From assembly GCA_041690355.1 (NCBI GenBank), contig JAWLHK010000007.1, forward strand, positions 183,122 to 238,196: 55,075 nucleotides of DNA, in the 5' to 3' direction. The notes under the pieces were generated by a model that worked only from the letters and a program-made list of their open reading frames with translations, did no database searches and had not been told where the DNA came from. Source of the stretch: a bacterium. GTDB taxonomy: Bacteria > J088 > JAWLBW01. A program made the position numbers and the translations under genes. Below are positions 35,934 to 45,451 of this stretch, one piece after another. Numbering within the stretch: the stretch's first letter is position 1; each line of letters begins with the position of its first letter.

Positions 35934-37385
35934 TCAGTGGTCGGCCACGTGGCGCTCGAGCAGGTCCCGGTAGTTCCGCACGCGCTTCACGTAAATCACA
36001 GGCTCCCACCCGCGTGCATATCCGTGGGCCAGCCGGCGGTAGTATTTCGGCTGCGAGAGCAGGGGGAGCACCGTCTCAAGGTCCGACCAGGAATTCGGAT
36101 CTTTCTCGAGCACCACAGCCAACGCGCGCGCGTCGCGCAAGTGCAGGTAGCCGACGTTATAGCTGGCGAGCGCCATCCACAACCGGGTTTCGTCATCCAG
36201 AAAAGCGGGCTGGCGATTCACCAGGTCGCGCAGGTGTTTTGCACCGGCGAAGATACTCTGCTGCGCGCTCAGCCGGTTCTTCACGCCGAGCGAGTCTGCG
36301 GTGCGCCGGGTGAGCATCATCATGCCGCGGACCCCCGTGGGGCTCTCGGCCTGCGGGTTCCACTGCGACTCCTGGTAGGCGACGGCGGCCAGGAGTCGCC
36401 AGGAAAATCCGAAGCGCGCCCCCGCGCGCTCGAACAGGTTCCGGCACTTCGGCAACCGGGTTCGCACGCGGTCGAGAAACACCCGGGTATCATGCGGGTC
36501 GAACGTCTGCAGGTGGCCGTAATACTTGTCGAGCAGCCGCTGCAACTGGCCGCTCCCCGCATACCGCTTCAGAAAGTCGCCTGCCGCCTGCGCCAGCGCC
36601 GGCTGGTCGCGATTGAAAGCCCAGGCAAGAGACTCTTCGCCGCCGAGCGCAAAGGCCGGCCGGAGGTCGAGAAAGAACCGCTGATGCACGGCCACGAGAT
36701 TGGAATCGGCCACCGTGCAGTCGATCCGCTTTTCAGCGACATCGCGCAGCAGCTCCTCGGTGTAGCGATCGGTCGTGGTCTCCCAGCGCAGATCCGGCCA
36801 GGCATCCACGAGAGCCGTAAGGCGCTGATCGTAGCTCGTATCCTTCGGCACCGTCACGCGCACGCGAGAGAGATCGCCGGGTTCGCGCATTCGATCGGCG
36901 CGCACGTTGCCGTGACAGACGACCTGCTGCTGCACGTGCTGGTAGGGGGCCGAAAAACGGAAGGTCTCTGATCGCAGCGGCGTCGCCGTGATGCCGGCCG
37001 CCGCCAGGTGCCCCTCGCGGCGCCCCAGCGCTTCGAGCGCCCGGGGTACGCCGTCGCGAGCAATGAACTCGACGGCTACCCCGAGTTCGGCGGCGAACGC
37101 GCGGGTCAGTTCGTATTCGAACCCTTCCGGTTCACCCTCGTGATTTTCATACCACGTCGTCGCGGCGTTGCGTGTGATGACCCGCAGGCGACCGGCTTTG
37201 CGTATCGCGTCGAGATCCTCGGAGCGGGTGCCCCAGGGGAACGCGGGTGCGGGGTCGGCAGCCGGGAGCGGCGCGAGCACCGGCCCGGCGCCGGCCGGGT
37301 CCGAAGACGGAGCGGCATCGCTTGCCGCATCGGCAGAAACGAAGCCCCCGGCTGCGAGAAGCGCAGCGAGAAGTAGGCGGCACAT
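35934..37385 (-). CDS. mltF: Membrane-bound lytic murein transglycosylase MltF
   Basis: SBP_bac_3 domain (GFEYEL..AFA..LGV) plus SLT domain (AYQESQWNPQAESPTGVRGMMML, ASYNVG, GYARGWEP). Confidence 0.92.
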   Translation of the reverse strand: MCRLLLAALLAAGGFVSADAASDAAPSSDPAGAGPVLAPLPAADPAPAFPWGTRSEDLDAIRKAGRLRVITRNAATTWYENHEGEPEGFEYELTRAFAAELGVAVEFIARDGVPRALEALGRREGHLAAAGITATPLRSETFRFSAPYQHVQQQVVCHGNVRADRMREPGDLSRVRVTVPKDTSYDQRLTALVDAWPDLRWETTTDRYTEELLRDVAEKRIDCTVADSNLVAVHQRFFLDLRPAFALGGEESLAWAFNRDQPALAQAAGDFLKRYAGSGQLQRLLDKYYGHLQTFDPHDTRVFLDRVRTRLPKCRNLFERAGARFGFSWRLLAAVAYQESQWNPQAESPTGVRGMMMLTRRTADSLGVKNRLSAQQSIFAGAKHLRDLVNRQPAFLDDETRLWMALASYNVGYLHLRDARALAVVLEKDPNSWSDLETVLPLLSQPKYYRRLAHGYARGWEPVIYVKRVRNYRDLLERHVADH

Positions 37386-37447
37386 GCGGCGACATCATAC
37401 AGCGTCCCCCGGCCAGAAGCCAAGCTTACTCGTGGGAGCTTGCTTCG

Positions 37448-37477
37448 CCGACGTCCGAGGTCCAGCGTCCGACGTCC
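37448..37477. repeat. Heptamer array (CCGACGT-type); inverted partner at 37937-37959
   Basis: CCGACGTCCGAGGTCCAGCGTCCGACGTCC versus GGACGTCTGACGTCGGACGTCGG on the other side of the cupin gene. Confidence 0.7.
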
Positions 37478-37479
37478 AG

Positions 37480-37866
37480 TCAGTGGTGCTGCTCGCGCTC
37501 GTAAGCATCGGCCTCGGCCTTGTTCCGGTGAATCGTGCCGTCGGGATGCTCGCGCGGGGAATACACGGAATACAGTTTGAGCGGCTCCGTCGCCGACGTA
37601 TTGATCACGTTGTGCTCCGTCCCCGCGGGGATGACCAGCGCCGAGCCGTCTTCGAGCTCGCGTTCCTCGCCGTTGAGAACCGACTTGCCGTGCCCCGATT
37701 CCACGCGGATGAACTGGTCGACGTCTTCGTGCGTCTCCATGCCGATCTCCTCGCCGGGGGCAATCGACATGACCACGAGCTGGCTGTGCGGGCCCGTATA
37801 GAGCACTTCGCGGAAATTACTGTTGTCGAGTGTCTTCTTCTCGATGTTCGTGAGAAATCCTTCCAT
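37480..37866 (-). CDS. Cupin domain protein
   Basis: NIEKKTLDNSNFREVLYTG, EEIGMETH..VDQF, IPAGTEHNVIN, YSPREH; GGAGG SD. Confidence 0.9.
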   Translation of the reverse strand: MEGFLTNIEKKTLDNSNFREVLYTGPHSQLVVMSIAPGEEIGMETHEDVDQFIRVESGHGKSVLNGEERELEDGSALVIPAGTEHNVINTSATEPLKLYSVYSPREHPDGTIHRNKAEADAYEREQHH

Positions 37867-37927
37867 GACCTTCCTCCGGACCACAGTCTAGCGCGGCGGC
37901 GCACGACGAACGCGTACGGGCCCTCGG

Positions 37928-38632
37928 GTGGTCGTCGGACGTCTGACGTCGGACGTCGGTGACCGACAAGTACAAAAACAGAAATCAACGGCATCCCACA
38001 CGGAGGACGCGGCGGCGCGGAGAGGGATAACCGGCAAGAACCTGCCTCATTTGTTCCGGTTTACATTGCCCAGTGCCCAGCGTCCAGCGACCAGCGTCTG
38101 GTTCGCCCTTGCTTCTCTCCGCGGGCTCCGCGCCTCCGCGTGAAACTGGCCTTCGAACACCAGCTTCCCATCCGGTGCCCCCTTCGGGGGAACGCATCCA
38201 GCACTTGGGCGCCGTGAAGGAGGGGGGCCCAGTGGTCGTCGGACGTCTGACGTCGGACGTCGGTGACCGACAAGTACAAAAACAGAAATCAACGGCATCC
38301 CACACGGAGGACGCGGCGGCGCGGAGAGGGNNNNNNNNNNNNNNNNNNNNNNNNNNNNNNNNNNNNNNNNNNNNNNNNNNNNNNNNNNNNNNNNNNNNNN
38401 NNNNNNNNNNNNNNNNNNNNNNNNNNNNNNTTTGTTCCGGTTTACATTGCCCAGTGCCCAGCGTCCAGCGACCAGCGTCTGGTTCGCCCTTGCTTCTCTC
38501 CGCGGGCTCCGCGCCTCCGCGTGAAACTGCAGTTCGAACTCCCTGCTTCCATCCGGTGCCCCCTTCGGGGGAACGCATCCAGCACTTGGGCGCCGTGAAG
38601 GAGTGGGGCCCAGCGACCAGCGCCTAGTGCCC
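37928..38632. repeat. Tandem ~304-bp composite REP-like repeat (at least 2 copies, spanning the gap)
   Basis: Units start at 37928 and 38232. Each has heptamer arrays, a long CAC(A/G)CGGAG...CTCCGCGTG inverted pair, and a CCCCC-TTCG-GGGG hairpin. Confidence 0.85.
38331..38430. other. Assembly gap (100 N)
   Basis: Run of exactly 100 N inside the second repeat unit. The equivalent segment in unit 1 is only about 23 nt. Confidence 0.99.
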
Positions 38633-38640
38633 GTCGCTGT

Positions 38641-38681
38641 TTGACATCCTGAAACTCATCGTTTATCGTAGATTAACGATG
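38641..38681 (+). promoter_or_regulatory. ars promoter with overlapping ArsR-type operator
   Basis: TTGACA-N17-TATCGT. Palindrome CATCGTTTATC-gta-GATTAACGATG (38657-38681) covers the -10 and the start codon. Confidence 0.75.
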
Positions 38682-39029
38682 AATCAGAAACGACGCATAT
38701 TTCAGGAAGTGGGGTGTCCTCCCGTCGACACGTCGCCGGATCTCCGCCCGATCGAGGGAGAGGAGGCCGACGCCGAGCTTGCGGAACTGGCGAAGGCCAT
38801 CGGGCACCCGGTCCGCATCCAGATTCTGCGGATTCTCGAGCGGCGCACGGCCTGCCTCTGCGGCGATATCGTCGACGAGCTCCCGCTGGCGCAGTCAACC
38901 GTCTCGCAGCATCTGAAGATCCTGAAGGAGGCCGGGTTCATCCGCGGCGACGTCGACGGACCGCGCGTCTGTTACTGCCTCGACCCGCGGACCCTGCACC
39001 GGTTCAGAATGCTGGCATCCAACCTCTAG
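38679..39029 (+). CDS. arsR: ArsR/SmtB metalloregulator
   Basis: [41 protein letters not shown]. Confidence 0.9.
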   Translation: MNQKRRIFQEVGCPPVDTSPDLRPIEGEEADAELAELAKAIGHPVRIQILRILERRTACLCGDIVDELPLAQSTVSQHLKILKEAGFIRGDVDGPRVCYCLDPRTLHRFRMLASNL

Positions 39030-39059
39030 CGCGCGCGACGCGAAAGGAACGGGTTCAAC

Positions 39060-39512
39060 ATGGCGAATGAAAATCCGGGCGCCGGAAAAGGCGGCCAGCT
39101 CTACGAGGCGGCTGCCGAAGTTCACGCCGGCGGACGCGCCCGCTTCGAGGCACACGGCCTGGCGGCGGAATTCGACGGAACCTCCGGACGGCTGTCCGAT
39201 CTGCCGGGTCCCGCCGATCTGCTCTGCGCCGCGCTGAGCGCCTGCATCCTCAAGAACGTCGAGCGTTTTTCCCATATGATGCCCTTTCGCTACGAAAAGG
39301 CGACCGTCAGGATTACGGCAGAACGCCAGGAGCCGCCGCCCGTCATCGTCCGCATGCACTATGAGCTCGAAGTGCGCACCGACGAGCCGGCCGACCGCGT
39401 GGATCTGCTCCACCGCAACATTCAGAAATTCGGAACGATTACCAATACCCTGGGGCGGGCCTGCGAAGTGAGTGGAACCATTCGCGCCTTCCCGCCGGGC
39501 TCCCCGTCGTGA
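39060..39512 (+). CDS. OsmC-family protein
   Basis: [14 protein letters not shown]...[16 protein letters not shown]. Confidence 0.75.
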   Translation: MANENPGAGKGGQLYEAAAEVHAGGRARFEAHGLAAEFDGTSGRLSDLPGPADLLCAALSACILKNVERFSHMMPFRYEKATVRITAERQEPPPVIVRMHYELEVRTDEPADRVDLLHRNIQKFGTITNTLGRACEVSGTIRAFPPGSPS

Positions 39513-39516
39513 GGCC

Positions 39517-40668
39517 ATGAATACGCAGCAACCCATCGCGCCCGGCGGCATCGGTCGGCGTCTTTCGTTTCTCGACCGCTACCTGACCCTGTGGATCTTT
39601 CTCGCCATGGGGCTCGGGGTTCTGCTCGGCCGCCTCGTGCCGGGTTCCGCGGAATTCGTGCAGCGCTTCGAAATCGGCGCCACGAACCTGCCCATCGCCA
39701 TCGGCCTCATCGTCATGATGTACCCGCCGCTCGCGAAGGTACGCTACGAAAAGCTGGGGGCCGTCTTCGCCGACAGAAAGGTCGTCGGGCTTTCGCTCGT
39801 GCAGAACTGGATCGTCGGCCCCGTGCTGATGTTCGCCCTCGCGGCCCTGTTTCTTCACGACAAGCCCGAATACATGACCGGTCTCATTCTCGTCGGCATC
39901 GCACGCTGCATCGCCATGGTGCTCGTGTGGAACCAGCTCGCACGCGGAAACAATGACTATGCCGCCGGGCTCGTCGCCCTGAACAGCATCTTCCAGGTGC
40001 TCTTCTACAGCGTGTACGCGTGGGTGTTCATCACCTTTCTCCCGCCGCTTTTCGGGCTCGAGGGGAGCGTCGTCGATGTCTCCATGGGAGATGTTTTCAA
40101 GAGCACGCTGATCTTTCTCGGCATCCCCTTCGCCGCCGGGCTGTTCTCGCGCCTGCTCCTGCGCCGGTGGAAGGGGACCGCCTGGTTCGACGAGAAGTTC
40201 ATTCCGCGCATCTCGCCGCTCACCCTGGTGGCGCTGCTGTTCACGATCGTCGTGCTCTTCAGCCTGAAGGGGAACATGATCGTCGACATCCCGTTCGACG
40301 TCGTGCGCATCGCCGTACCGCTCACGATCTACTTCGTGCTCATGTTCTTCGTCAGCATGTTTCTTGCGTGGAAGCTCGGCGCCGACTATTCCCGCAGCGC
40401 CACGTTGGCCTTCACCGCATCGGGAAACAACTTTGAACTGGCCATCGCCGTGGCCGTCGGCGTCTTCGGCCTGCACTCGGGGGCAGCTTTCGCGGCGGTC
40501 GTCGGACCGCTGGTCGAAGTGCCGGTGCTCATCGGTCTCGTCAGCGTATCGCTGTGGATCCGGCGCCGCTTCTTCCCCGGCGAATCCCCGGCAGAGGACG
40601 TCCCCCTCGATTCCGGCTGCGAAACCACGCAGCAGGTCGTCGACCATACCGTGAGGCGCAAAGCATGA
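39517..40668 (+). CDS. acr3: ACR3 family arsenite efflux transporter
   Basis: [57 protein letters not shown]. Confidence 0.95.
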   Translation: MNTQQPIAPGGIGRRLSFLDRYLTLWIFLAMGLGVLLGRLVPGSAEFVQRFEIGATNLPIAIGLIVMMYPPLAKVRYEKLGAVFADRKVVGLSLVQNWIVGPVLMFALAALFLHDKPEYMTGLILVGIARCIAMVLVWNQLARGNNDYAAGLVALNSIFQVLFYSVYAWVFITFLPPLFGLEGSVVDVSMGDVFKSTLIFLGIPFAAGLFSRLLLRRWKGTAWFDEKFIPRISPLTLVALLFTIVVLFSLKGNMIVDIPFDVVRIAVPLTIYFVLMFFVSMFLAWKLGADYSRSATLAFTASGNNFELAIAVAVGVFGLHSGAAFAAVVGPLVEVPVLIGLVSVSLWIRRRFFPGESPAEDVPLDSGCETTQQVVDHTVRRKA

Positions 40669-41516
40669 ACAGCATTCTTTTTCTCTGTGTCGCCAATTCA
40701 GCCCGGAGCCAGATGGCCGAGGGGCTCGCGCGGAGCCTCTTGGGCGACCGCGTGCGCGTGCAGTCAGCCGGTTCCCGCCCGTCGAAGGTGAACCCGTACG
40801 CCGTCGAAGTCATGCGCGAAAAGGGGATCGACCTGACGACCCATTCCTCCAAATCGGTGGACACCATCGATCCCGCTACGGTCGACACGGTCATCACCCT
40901 GTGCGCCGAAGAAGTGTGCCCGGTGTTCCTCGGCAAGGCGCGGCGCATCCACTGGCCCGTTGACGACCCCGCCAGCGACGATCCAACGCTTTCGGCGGAA
41001 CAGATGCGCGAACGTTTCCGCACCGCGCGCGACCGCATCGAAATGCGCCTGCGCATCCTCGACGCCGTGCGCGACCTGCCGCCGGGGCCTGACGGAACCG
41101 AGTTCCACGCCAGCATCCGCACGAAAGATCTGCCGCAGGCGGCGCGTTTCTACAGCTGGCTGCTCAACCTGCAGCCGAAAGAATGGACGCATCGCTATGT
41201 GACGTTCGTGAGCGAACGGCTGCGCACGAACTTTGTCGTTCTCGTGGATGACGGCAAGGAGCTGCACCACGACACGCTCTACCACCTCGGGGTGGCCGTT
41301 CCGGACCGGAAGTCGGTGGTCGACGCCTGGCGCCGCGCGCAGGCGGCCGGGTTCCCCATCGAGAAACCGCCGCGCACGACCTGGCGCGGCACCCCGCTGC
41401 ACGAGCTGTGGCTGCGCGACCTCGACGGGAACCTGGTTGAGATCTACGCCCGGCTGACGGACGAGGAGCTCGCGCAGAAGCCGGCCGATCTGGAACCGGT
41501 GTTTCTGACGGAATAG
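40665..41516 (+). CDS. arsC: Thioredoxin-type arsenate reductase ArsC fused to a VOC (ArsI/CadI-like) domain
   Basis: [30 protein letters not shown]; then FHASI...YHLGV...[13 protein letters not shown]. Confidence 0.85.
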   Translation: MNSILFLCVANSARSQMAEGLARSLLGDRVRVQSAGSRPSKVNPYAVEVMREKGIDLTTHSSKSVDTIDPATVDTVITLCAEEVCPVFLGKARRIHWPVDDPASDDPTLSAEQMRERFRTARDRIEMRLRILDAVRDLPPGPDGTEFHASIRTKDLPQAARFYSWLLNLQPKEWTHRYVTFVSERLRTNFVVLVDDGKELHHDTLYHLGVAVPDRKSVVDAWRRAQAAGFPIEKPPRTTWRGTPLHELWLRDLDGNLVEIYARLTDEELAQKPADLEPVFLTE

Positions 41517-41534
41517 AAAGGCAAAAGACCGGAG

Positions 41535-41782
41535 ATCCCACGCGGAGGCGCGGAGACGCGGAGAGGAACAGACCGGCAAAACCCTCCTCCACTTTTTCCG
41601 GATACGTAGCAACGCTTGTCCGGGTCCACACCAGCGCAACTCCAGAGAAAAATCCTTGCCTCTCTCCGCGGCCTCCGTGCCTCCGCGTGAAACTGCCCTT
41701 TGACTACCGTGCATCCCCCTCTGGTGCCCCCTTCGGGGGAACGCATGCGGCACCCGGAGACCATGAGGGAGGGGGGCCCAGC
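41535..41782. repeat. Diverged copy of the composite REP-like element at 37993-38232
   Basis: Same order of parts: ATCCCACGCGGAGGCGCGGAGACGCGGAGAGG...CTCTCCGCGGCCTCCGTGCCTCCGCGTGAAACTG...GGTGCCCCCTTCGGGGGAACGCAT...GGAGGGGGGCCCAG. Confidence 0.85.
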
Positions 41783-41857
41783 GCCCCACCCCCTCCCGCT
41801 GGCGTTCCCCGCGGAATTTGCGGATACTCAGAAGAGAACCCCGCGCGCGGAAGCTTC

Positions 41858-42829
41858 ATGCAGCAGGAACGCACCAAGGTCAGCCGGCTCTTCACCCCGG
41901 CCGAAATCAAGGCGCTCAGCGCCACGTCGGATCTCGCCGGCTGGTGGGCCGTCGTCTCCATCTGGGGGGCCATCGCCATCGCCTTCGCGGCGCTCGCCGT
42001 CTGGCCCCACCCGCTCACCTTTGTCGCCGCCGTTATCGTCATCGGCGGCCGTCAGCTCGCCCTCGCCATCCTCATGCACGAGGCGTCGCACTACACCCTG
42101 TTCCGCACGCGGTGGCTGAATGATGTCGCCGGCAACTGGCTCGCCGGCCGCTTCATCTGGATCGACGTGCGCCGCTACCGCACGCACCATCACCTGCACC
42201 ACACGAAAACCGGCACCCACGAGGATACCGACAAGAGCCTCGTGAGCCCGTTTCCCACCTCGCGCGCCTCGGTCGCCCGCAAGCTGCTGCGCGACGCCAC
42301 GGGGCTCAGCGTGTTCCGCCGCTTCCTGGGCCTCGTGCTCATGGACATGGGCGTCTTGAAGTGGACCGTCGCCGCCGAAGCGGTGCGCCTGCCGCGCAAC
42401 GGACGCTCGATCGGGAGCTACCTGCTTGAGGGGGCGCAGAATATGTTTCCCGTTCTTCTGGCCAACGGCATCCTCTTCGGCGCCCTCTGGGCGCTCGGGC
42501 ACGCCTGGGTCTACGCCGCGTGGGCCGTCGCCTATGCGACCACGTTCAGCCTGTTTCTCCGCATCCGATCGATGGCCGAGCACGCGTGCACCGAAGCGAC
42601 CCCCGACATGCTGCGCAACACCCGGTCGACCCGCGCCGGCCTGCTCGCCCGCATGACCGTCGCGCCGCTGCGCGTCAACTACCACATCGAGCACCACGTG
42701 CTCCCCGCCATCCCCTGGTTCCGCCTGCAGGAGGCCCACCGCCTGCTGCGCGAGCGCGGCCACGTGCCCCCCTCGCCCACCTACCTCGACGTCCTGCGCC
42801 TGGTCTCGGCCGGCAAGCCCGCCGCCTGA
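41858..42829 (+). CDS. Fatty acid desaturase family protein
   Basis: His boxes HEASH, HHHLHH and YHIEHH; TM segments. Confidence 0.88.
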   Translation: MQQERTKVSRLFTPAEIKALSATSDLAGWWAVVSIWGAIAIAFAALAVWPHPLTFVAAVIVIGGRQLALAILMHEASHYTLFRTRWLNDVAGNWLAGRFIWIDVRRYRTHHHLHHTKTGTHEDTDKSLVSPFPTSRASVARKLLRDATGLSVFRRFLGLVLMDMGVLKWTVAAEAVRLPRNGRSIGSYLLEGAQNMFPVLLANGILFGALWALGHAWVYAAWAVAYATTFSLFLRIRSMAEHACTEATPDMLRNTRSTRAGLLARMTVAPLRVNYHIEHHVLPAIPWFRLQEAHRLLRERGHVPPSPTYLDVLRLVSAGKPAA

Positions 42830-42993
42830 CCCCCCCCCTCCAATTTCTTTTGCAGGATCGCCCCGGGCCACAGTAGAATGGCTCCGATCAGCAAAACGTT
42901 ATTCCGTAAAGCGGAACGTTTTGCCGGGAAGCCGCGCCGGGGGGAGACTCGGGGCGGCGTCTCCACCCTACCCTTCTCCTGGGAGAAATTCCG

Positions 42994-43980
42994 ATGAAAG
43001 CGGCATTGAAATGGATCGGCATCGCCTTCGGGGCGCTTGTCGCGGTCGTGCTCGGCCTGTTTGTCTACGTCGAAGCCACGTGGAGCCTCGACTATCCCGA
43101 CACGCCGCTCCCCGCCATCCAGGCCTCGACCGATCCGGCCGTCATCGCGCAGGGAGAATACATCGTGCACGCGGTCGCGCACTGTTCGGCCTGCCACGGC
43201 CCGGCCGAGCTCGTCGAAGCACGCAAGATCGATTTCACGAAGCCCATGGTCGGCGGCAACGTCTGGCACGCCGGCCCGTTCGGCAAGTTCGTCGCCGCCA
43301 ACCTCACGCCGCACGAAACCGGCATCGGCCTGTTGAGCGACGCCGAGCTGGCGCGCGCCATCCGCCACTCGGTGCGCAAAGACGGCACGCTGGCCCCTTT
43401 CATGCGCATCGTCGTCGGCCCCATGTCCGATGAAGACCTGACGGCGGTCGTGTCGTACCTGCGCGCTCAGCCCCCCGTCGCAGCCGAGCACGAAGCCGAG
43501 GAAGTCGGCTTCATCGCCAAGGCCCTCTCGAGCAAGTTCACGCCGCGCACCGATCCGGCGCCCCCCTATTTTCCCCTTGGAGCCACGTCGGTGGAGCGCG
43601 GACGCTACCTGGCCGAAGGGCCCGCCATGTGCGTCGGCTGCCACACGCCGCTCGACCCGATGAGCGGTTTTGCCCCGTCGGGCCCGCTGTTCTCGGGCGC
43701 CGGCCCCGAGCCGGATCACGCCGAAGAAGGCTACGAAATCGTGGCCCCCAACCTGACCCCCGACCTGGAGACCGGGCACATCGCCAAGTGGACCGAAGAC
43801 GACTTCGTTGCCCGGTTCCGCAGCGGCACCGCCCTCGCCGGCACGAAGATGCCGTGGCCCGCTTTCCAGAAGATGGCGGAATCGGATCTGCGCAGCATCT
43901 ACCGGTACCTGAAGACGGTGCCGGCGGCGAAGAATGACATGGGGCCGATCCGACGGGAGATCGGAAGTTTCAAGCCGTAG
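42994..43980 (+). CDS. Membrane-anchored diheme cytochrome c
   Basis: CSACH and CVGCH, two NLTP motifs, MPW; N-terminal TM helix. Confidence 0.88.
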   Translation: MKAALKWIGIAFGALVAVVLGLFVYVEATWSLDYPDTPLPAIQASTDPAVIAQGEYIVHAVAHCSACHGPAELVEARKIDFTKPMVGGNVWHAGPFGKFVAANLTPHETGIGLLSDAELARAIRHSVRKDGTLAPFMRIVVGPMSDEDLTAVVSYLRAQPPVAAEHEAEEVGFIAKALSSKFTPRTDPAPPYFPLGATSVERGRYLAEGPAMCVGCHTPLDPMSGFAPSGPLFSGAGPEPDHAEEGYEIVAPNLTPDLETGHIAKWTEDDFVARFRSGTALAGTKMPWPAFQKMAESDLRSIYRYLKTVPAAKNDMGPIRREIGSFKP

Positions 43981-44031
43981 AAGGTTTGGGTTTCCAGTTT
44001 TTCGGTTTTCAGTTCCAGGGATCGTTCGCGC

Positions 44032-44063
44032 AAGGGACGCCGTGCAGGCGTCCCTTCTTGTTT
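44032..44063 (+). terminator. Terminator after cytochrome c
   Basis: AAGGGACGCC-gtgca-GGCGTCCCTT followed by CTTGTTT. Confidence 0.6.
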
Positions 44064-44164
44064 CGGCAGACCGGGGGCAGCGGCGCGAACGATGCAACAT
44101 CCGTGTCAACTGGACGAACCGCTTCTCGCGGAATTCCGGGGCGGCAAACGCATTCCGCTCCGGC

Positions 44165-44193
44165 TTGTAAGGGGCTCTTCCGGCTGGTATGAT
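44165..44193 (+). promoter_or_regulatory. Sigma-70-like promoter
   Basis: TTGTAA-N17-TATGAT with extended -10. Confidence 0.55.
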
Positions 44194-44247
44194 CTAGCCG
44201 ATTCAGACAAGGCGGCTGCTACGTTTCCGGGCCCCTGGGAGGAACAC

Positions 44248-45333
44248 ATGCGTCACCCTATTGCTGCGTATTGCGTTGCGCTGGCCCTCACCGCCTGCGC
44301 TGCCGTCGATACCGAGGGCCCTGTTGAAACCCGCTCGTCCCGCGACACCGGCGAGGTTCGCATCACCATCAAGCCCTCGCTGGCGCGGCTGGTCGACATC
44401 ACGCGGGTCGACGTGCACGTCGCCCCCGACGATCTGACCCAGACCATGGACTACAACGCCACTTCGGGCGGCTTCTCGGGGTTGATGACCCTCGCGCCCG
44501 GCGCGAAGACGCTCACCGGGCGGGCCTACGTCAACGAAGACAGCGTGGGTCAGGGCTCGGCGGCGGTCGAGGTCGTGGCCGGTCAGACTGCGGCGGTCCT
44601 GCTGCAGATCTTCGATACGAGCGGCGCCCAGCCCGAGAACGACATCGCGCCGATCATCCAGTCGGTCACGATCTCGAACGTCTATCCGGTCACCGGCGAA
44701 ACGGTCACCCTGGGCGTGGCCGCCGTCGACCTGAACGGCGATCCGCTGACGTACGCGTGGAGCGACGATTGCGCCGCGTCGGCATTCGACGCGCCGACCC
44801 TGGCGACCACCGGCTGGCAATCCGAAGCGGCCGGAACCTGCAACATCACGGTTACCGTCTACGCCACCGGGTACGCGGTACAGGAGGTATTCTCACTCGC
44901 CGTGCTCGACCCCGCGCTCGAGCAGGGGAGTCTGGCCGTGTCGGGGGAATTCGTTCCCGCCCCGTACCTCAGCTCCTTCCACCTCGACTACGTGACGGGG
45001 GGCGCGGGGAGCTACGTGGGATGCGAGATCGACCTCTACGCCCCGACGCAGAACGGCTTCGTCTGCCCGGCGCTGGAATACGACATGCCGCTGAATGGCT
45101 GGTTCTACAGCTACTTCGGCGTCACGACGGGCACCCGCACGTTTGCCCTGACCGACGATTGCGGGGGAAGCGCAACGCTGGGGCTGCAATATCATGCGCC
45201 CTACGGCACGACCCAGGAGTTCACGTGGACGCCGCCGGCGGCGGGGCTCCCCCGGGTGTGCAGGCTGACGGCGACCGCGAGCTACTACGGACTCGACTCG
45301 GCGTTCGACGTGGGCCTCCTGGTCGATTTCTGA
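44248..45333 (+). CDS. Hypothetical lipoprotein with Ig/PKD-like domains
   Basis: GGAGG SD; lipobox LTA-C; AVDLNGDPLTYAWSDDC. Confidence 0.7.
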   Translation: MRHPIAAYCVALALTACAAVDTEGPVETRSSRDTGEVRITIKPSLARLVDITRVDVHVAPDDLTQTMDYNATSGGFSGLMTLAPGAKTLTGRAYVNEDSVGQGSAAVEVVAGQTAAVLLQIFDTSGAQPENDIAPIIQSVTISNVYPVTGETVTLGVAAVDLNGDPLTYAWSDDCAASAFDAPTLATTGWQSEAAGTCNITVTVYATGYAVQEVFSLAVLDPALEQGSLAVSGEFVPAPYLSSFHLDYVTGGAGSYVGCEIDLYAPTQNGFVCPALEYDMPLNGWFYSYFGVTTGTRTFALTDDCGGSATLGLQYHAPYGTTQEFTWTPPAAGLPRVCRLTATASYYGLDSAFDVGLLVDF

Positions 45334-45353
45334 GCGGGCTTCAGTCTGCAGGC

Positions 45354-45396
45354 GTCACTCGTCACTCGTCACTCGGTCACTTGTCACTTGTCACTT
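45354..45396. repeat. Heptamer array GTCACT(C/T) x6
   Basis: GTCACTC x3, G, GTCACTT x3. Confidence 0.85.
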
Positions 45397-45451
45397 GTTG
45401 TTGACGCTCGACTTTCGACTCGGTCCTCCCGGCCCGTGATACCTTGTAGGC

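Noticed and set aside
37928-38632. CRISPR array or protein-coding ORFs in the tandem repeat
   Set aside because: Units are about 304 bp and near-identical throughout, with no unique spacers. The ORFs are translations of the repeat that run through Ns.
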